NCBI GenBank assembly: GCA_036172245.1
Contig: JAYWIR010000006.1
Coordinates: forward strand, 5,208,001-5,272,000
Origin: Raillietiella orientalis
Taxonomy: Eukaryota
Length of the DNA stretch: 64,000 bases
Direction of reading: 5' to 3'
Positions 60,001 through 64,000 of the stretch are shown one piece after another. The position numbers were made by a program, and so were the translations under genes. How positions within the stretch are numbered: the first letter of the stretch is position 1; the number at the start of each line of letters is the position of its first letter. Below the pieces are notes generated by a model. The model ran no database searches, had not been told where the DNA came from, and worked only from the letters and a program-made list of their open reading frames with translations.

Positions 60001-62499
60001 GGATTCCATCACTGAGGAGAGATCGAAGGTGGGCGACGACGCGATTGCCCGCCGCTGCTGCGCAGGAGGGGGCGGGGTCCTCTGCCTCACCAGGGTCCCT
60101 CTCCACTGATCCTTCCACCGGAGAAGCAACGGATGCTACAGTCAGCACGTCCCGCTCCCACAGCGGTCTCCTACCCTTCACTCCCGCCTAACTCTCCTGC
60201 AAGCACATCATGGCCACCCACTTCACGCCGTCCTCGCACGACCGCAGCTCGGACGACCGCCGGGGTCGTCGCAAGAAGGTGACTCCGTGAAGGTCGCGGC
60301 GGTTCCTTTTGCCTGAGGGTCTGCTCTCCCTGCACCTGCCTTCCCTTCCTCGCTTTCGCAGGAAGCGGCAGTATGTGGGGGGGGGAGGGGCAACGGAGAG
60401 GCGCGGAAGAGAGACCATTGGGGACGGGGGGAGACACTTCCTGGAATTCCGGGATGCCAGGGAGAACTTCTCACGGGAAGAACAGCATTGGGTCCTCCTT
60501 TCCCTACGCTGGAGGGAGGGGAGGCCGACTTCGATGCCGCCGGCGGTGGCGAAGAGCCCATCGACAAAGCCCCCGTTTCTCCGTTCCCATGCATCCCGGA
60601 ACGGAAGAGCTCAGAGTTTCGGATGCTGCGAACGCTGCTCGGGAAGGAGGATCCCGCGGAGCGCTCGGGAGATTCCGCGACCACCGGAAAGGACCACGCC
60701 CGAAACGCCTCCACCCCTGCCCAGAGGGAGCCGGCCATCCGCAACGAGGAAGGGGCCGGCGGGGATGATGGACGCTCCCGGGGACCGCTCTCCTGGACGG
60801 GACACGCCCTGTTCTTCCCGTTTTCTCCGGGAGGGGAATGGAGCGCCGGAAAGCAGGAAGGACGCCGCCCTGAGGGAGAGCGAGAAGGGGGGCGAGAGCG
60901 TCGCGTTTTCCAGATGGAAGGGCGGGCGGAGCAGAAGGCGCACCCGAATCGTCCTCTCGCAGCCTCTTCCAGCTCCATCACGCCCCCTCAGGGCTTACGG
61001 AACCCGCCACTTCCGCCCCCTCGCAGCTGTCGGGGGACCGCAGGTCACCGACTGTGCCGTCCGCGCGGATGGTCGGGCAGGGGACACGAGGGAGGAGGAA
61101 GGAATCTGGAGAGGTCCGTGGCACGGAGGCCCCCTCTCCCTAAGGCTCGGAGGAAGACTCGCCGGCTGACGGTTTGAAAGGTCAGGAGCTCTCCCTCGCC
61201 GGAAGCAGGGGTCACTTCCCGCCGCCTCGCCTCAGAGCCGATCCATCACCCTGTCTTGGCGGCAGCAACTCAGCTATGAGCTCCCCTGTGGGGGATCCAA
61301 AACGCCGGAGGCGAATCTGGAGAGAGGAGTGAAGAGGAGGAGCACTCGGCTCGCTCAGCGAAGAGGCGAAGGAGCAGGGAAGTGGAAGCGAGCCGCTGGG
61401 GCGCCCGGGGACGAAACCCTTCGAGGAAGAGCAGGCCAACTCTGACCCACGTGCCTGCTTTCTGTAAACGCCCCGTGGGCAGGACGGGGAGGCACAGCCA
61501 CGCGGAAACCAGCAGATCCCGTGCCCCGCCGCGGCGAAGAGCGGCTGGTTCACCGTCTTCGCGTTCGGAGACGAAGACTCCGCGGACGTGGGTTCGCAAA
61601 CGCAGAAACGACGGCTGGTGCCTCCTTTCTCGCATCTTGGCGCTGCATCTTCGCAGTGGCGTTTCTTCCGTGGCGCCTTCGCAGTTGCGTCTCTCCTTTG
61701 ACAAATCCGAGCCGAGGGCCACTCGCGTGCCGAGCGCTCCAGAGGGTTCTCCGAAGACGGCGAAGCAGCGGTGCCCTGGGAAAGGGACGGCTGAGCTGCG
61801 TCATAAAAAAAAAGGAGGGAGGGGGAATTGAAGCTTTGAAAAAAAAAAAAAAAACGGCGAGACGCCCAGAGGAAAAGGAGGATGGAGCTGAACCCACGCG
61901 CGTCCCGTGATCCGCGCTGCGTGCAAAGCCGGAACTTCCAAATGATGGCGCAGTCCAGAAGCGGCGGCCAGGCCGTGCACGGATAAGAACCGACTGACCG
62001 GCGCAAAAAAAAACAGAAAGAAAAGAAATTTTCGCCCGTGCAGTAGTTGCCATCGGCCCAGTTTGCCCTCGGTCTCAACTGCGTGCCGAATTAACTCTAC
62101 GGCGGGCCGCGGATCCAATCAAAGTCCGACCCGCCCGCCACCATGGTCGCGCGGATGCAGTGGCAGAGGAAATTCGCGGCCCTCCATCCGCGGTAGGCGA
62201 CCTGAAGCGGGGGAGAGGGGTCCCCAGGCGTCCTCGGGGGTGATGACGCCGGAGGGCGCGGGACTCGTGTGGCGGCGTGGCGCCACGGGAGAGCCAGGAA
62301 TGCGCGAGGCGACTTCATGAACGCTTCTGCTCTGCTACCTGAATCTACACTTCGCGACCGTTCCGTCCCTTCCTGCCTCTCCGGCAGGGAATTCCTCCAG
62401 GGCATGTCGGTTGGGCGCAGATTACAAAGTGATCCATGCGGGGAGACTTTCGCCTGAGCGGGCAGTGCCCCCCGTCCGCAGCAGCAACAGGTGCGCAAG

Positions 62500-63300
62500 A
62501 TGGTAGGGGTCTCAAAATGAGCATCCTCGGCAGATGCAGCGGCATCCGGACCGTGGCTGCGAAGGAGCTCCGCGGACTGATGACTCAGGTCGAGAGGGTC
62601 CACGGCGAAGCTCTGGGAGCTGACCGGCCGTGTTTCAAATGCTCCTTGCGGGAGGGGGAGTGGTGAAGGGTCAACATGAGCACCATCAAAAGGGCCGCTG
62701 GAAGAAGGGCCAGGATGGGAAGCGCCGGTTCATTCACTTGTCCTCCGGGACAAGACCCTCGGCTGCAAGGACTGCAGTCTCAGGGGTCTTCTGGAATGAC
62801 GAGACCCCGAGAGAATGGAAAATTTCCGAGGAGCGAGCGGAGGACACTGGGAGAGAAAGAGGTGGCTGCGTCTCCGAGCATGCGGTGTTCTCGGATCGCG
62901 CGTTGGAAACACCGCAGGGGGGAAGGGGAGCGCTGCTCGCGACGGAAGATGCCAAGGACACTGAAAGGTGATGGTCCCCTGGGAGACGGACGTCACGTGG
63001 GTCTCGGTGTTCTCCAGCTTGGAACCGCACTGGCCCTTTGCTGCACATCTCCCTCACCCGGGGTCACGCGCTGCGCGGAGGTCAACGCGAGGCGGGGTTA
63101 CCTGTATTCCGCTTACGGAATCCGAGGTCGCAGTTCACGCTTCCCGAGGAGGGCTCGACTCTCCAAGCCCATGCTCCCGGAACCAGGAGGTGCCATCGAG
63201 GCAGCACCCCTTCCCGTGGGCCCCTTCGGGAGGGGGCCCGCTGGGACCCGCGTGAGGCGCAGGGTTTCCGCGGTAGCTAACGAAAATGACTCCCTCCCTC
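62500..63300 (+). mobile_element. Possible decayed LINE ORF1/APE junction
   Basis: QVERVHG...RPCFK ~ IERxHRxG..RP; GVFWNDET ~ VFINDDxT; VNARR ~ NARS. Confidence 0.28.
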
Positions 63301-64000
63301 TACAGTGGTACGGGCCAGGATCCCGGAAACCCGGTTCTTCGCACGCAGACGGTCGGCGCTTGGCCTGGAAATGCCCTCAGGCGATGCATCTCCAGAAATC
63401 CCATGCCCGACGCTCTGCCGGGGTCGCTGAACGTTCTTATCCGCAAAAAGTTCCGTTCGCGGCTCCGGGAGGGGTCGCCCCGAGATTTTCCGCTTCGCGG
63501 GCGGGGCGCCCGTCACCAAGAGGAGGAAGGAACAACCAGGGCGCGCCCTTAACGGCCCCTAGGGAGAAACCGTTGCCCAGGGATGCAACGGGATCGTTTC
63601 CGTAGATCTCTCTGCTTTCGTTTTGGCTCCAGAGGGATCCCTCCGTACCTGTCTGCCCGTCTCCGTGCGCCAACGCCTCTGGCGGACGTCGCGCGAAACC
63701 GCTCTCCGCGCCTGGAAGAGGGCAGCTCGGAGAAGGCGAACCCTGCGCGAATTCCTCCCCTCCCCCCTTCCGTCTTCCTCCGCGGGCGCGACGCCGGAAG
63801 TTCGAATCCCCCACAGGGTCGGGCGGTCGTACGGAAAAATCCTGGTTCGGCACGGCCCGTCCCTCGCCGATCCGAACTGCCTGGCCCTCCGGGCCGGACA
63901 TGGAGCCAGAGCCCTGCCTCCTCCCTAAGGGGAGCTGTGGCCGACCTGCGGGTTCCTCCTGGGGCTTCCGGGAGCGCTGCCGGCTACTGAAAAGGTGCGG

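Overview
GC-rich, CpG-undepleted animal genomic DNA, most likely an arthropod or other ecdysozoan, judged by the shaven-type paired domain. The core is a tail-to-tail pair of intron-containing Pax2/5/8 genes. Copy B is canonical: minus strand, 9 coding exons, 26333->19066, 501 aa, with paired domain, YSINGILG octapeptide and partial homeodomain. Copy A is divergent: plus strand, 14518->18216, ~515-533 aa. It keeps the paired-box exon structure and a homologous first exon, but has an unusual V42/K44/H47 recognition set, no octapeptide, an unrelated polyQ C-terminus, tiny introns and much lower GC3. The flanks hold heavily decayed non-LTR retroelements (several R2-like, one CR1/L2-like, one I/Nimb-like, one Penelope-like), tRNA-derived SINE pieces, a ~0.9-kb young inverted repeat with a perfect YY1/PHO palindrome, and simple repeats. 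A 22-bp-phased AACAAT array lies in intron 4 of copy B. Most long ORFs in the track are GC-content artefacts. All gene models and TE calls were made by eye, without database searches.
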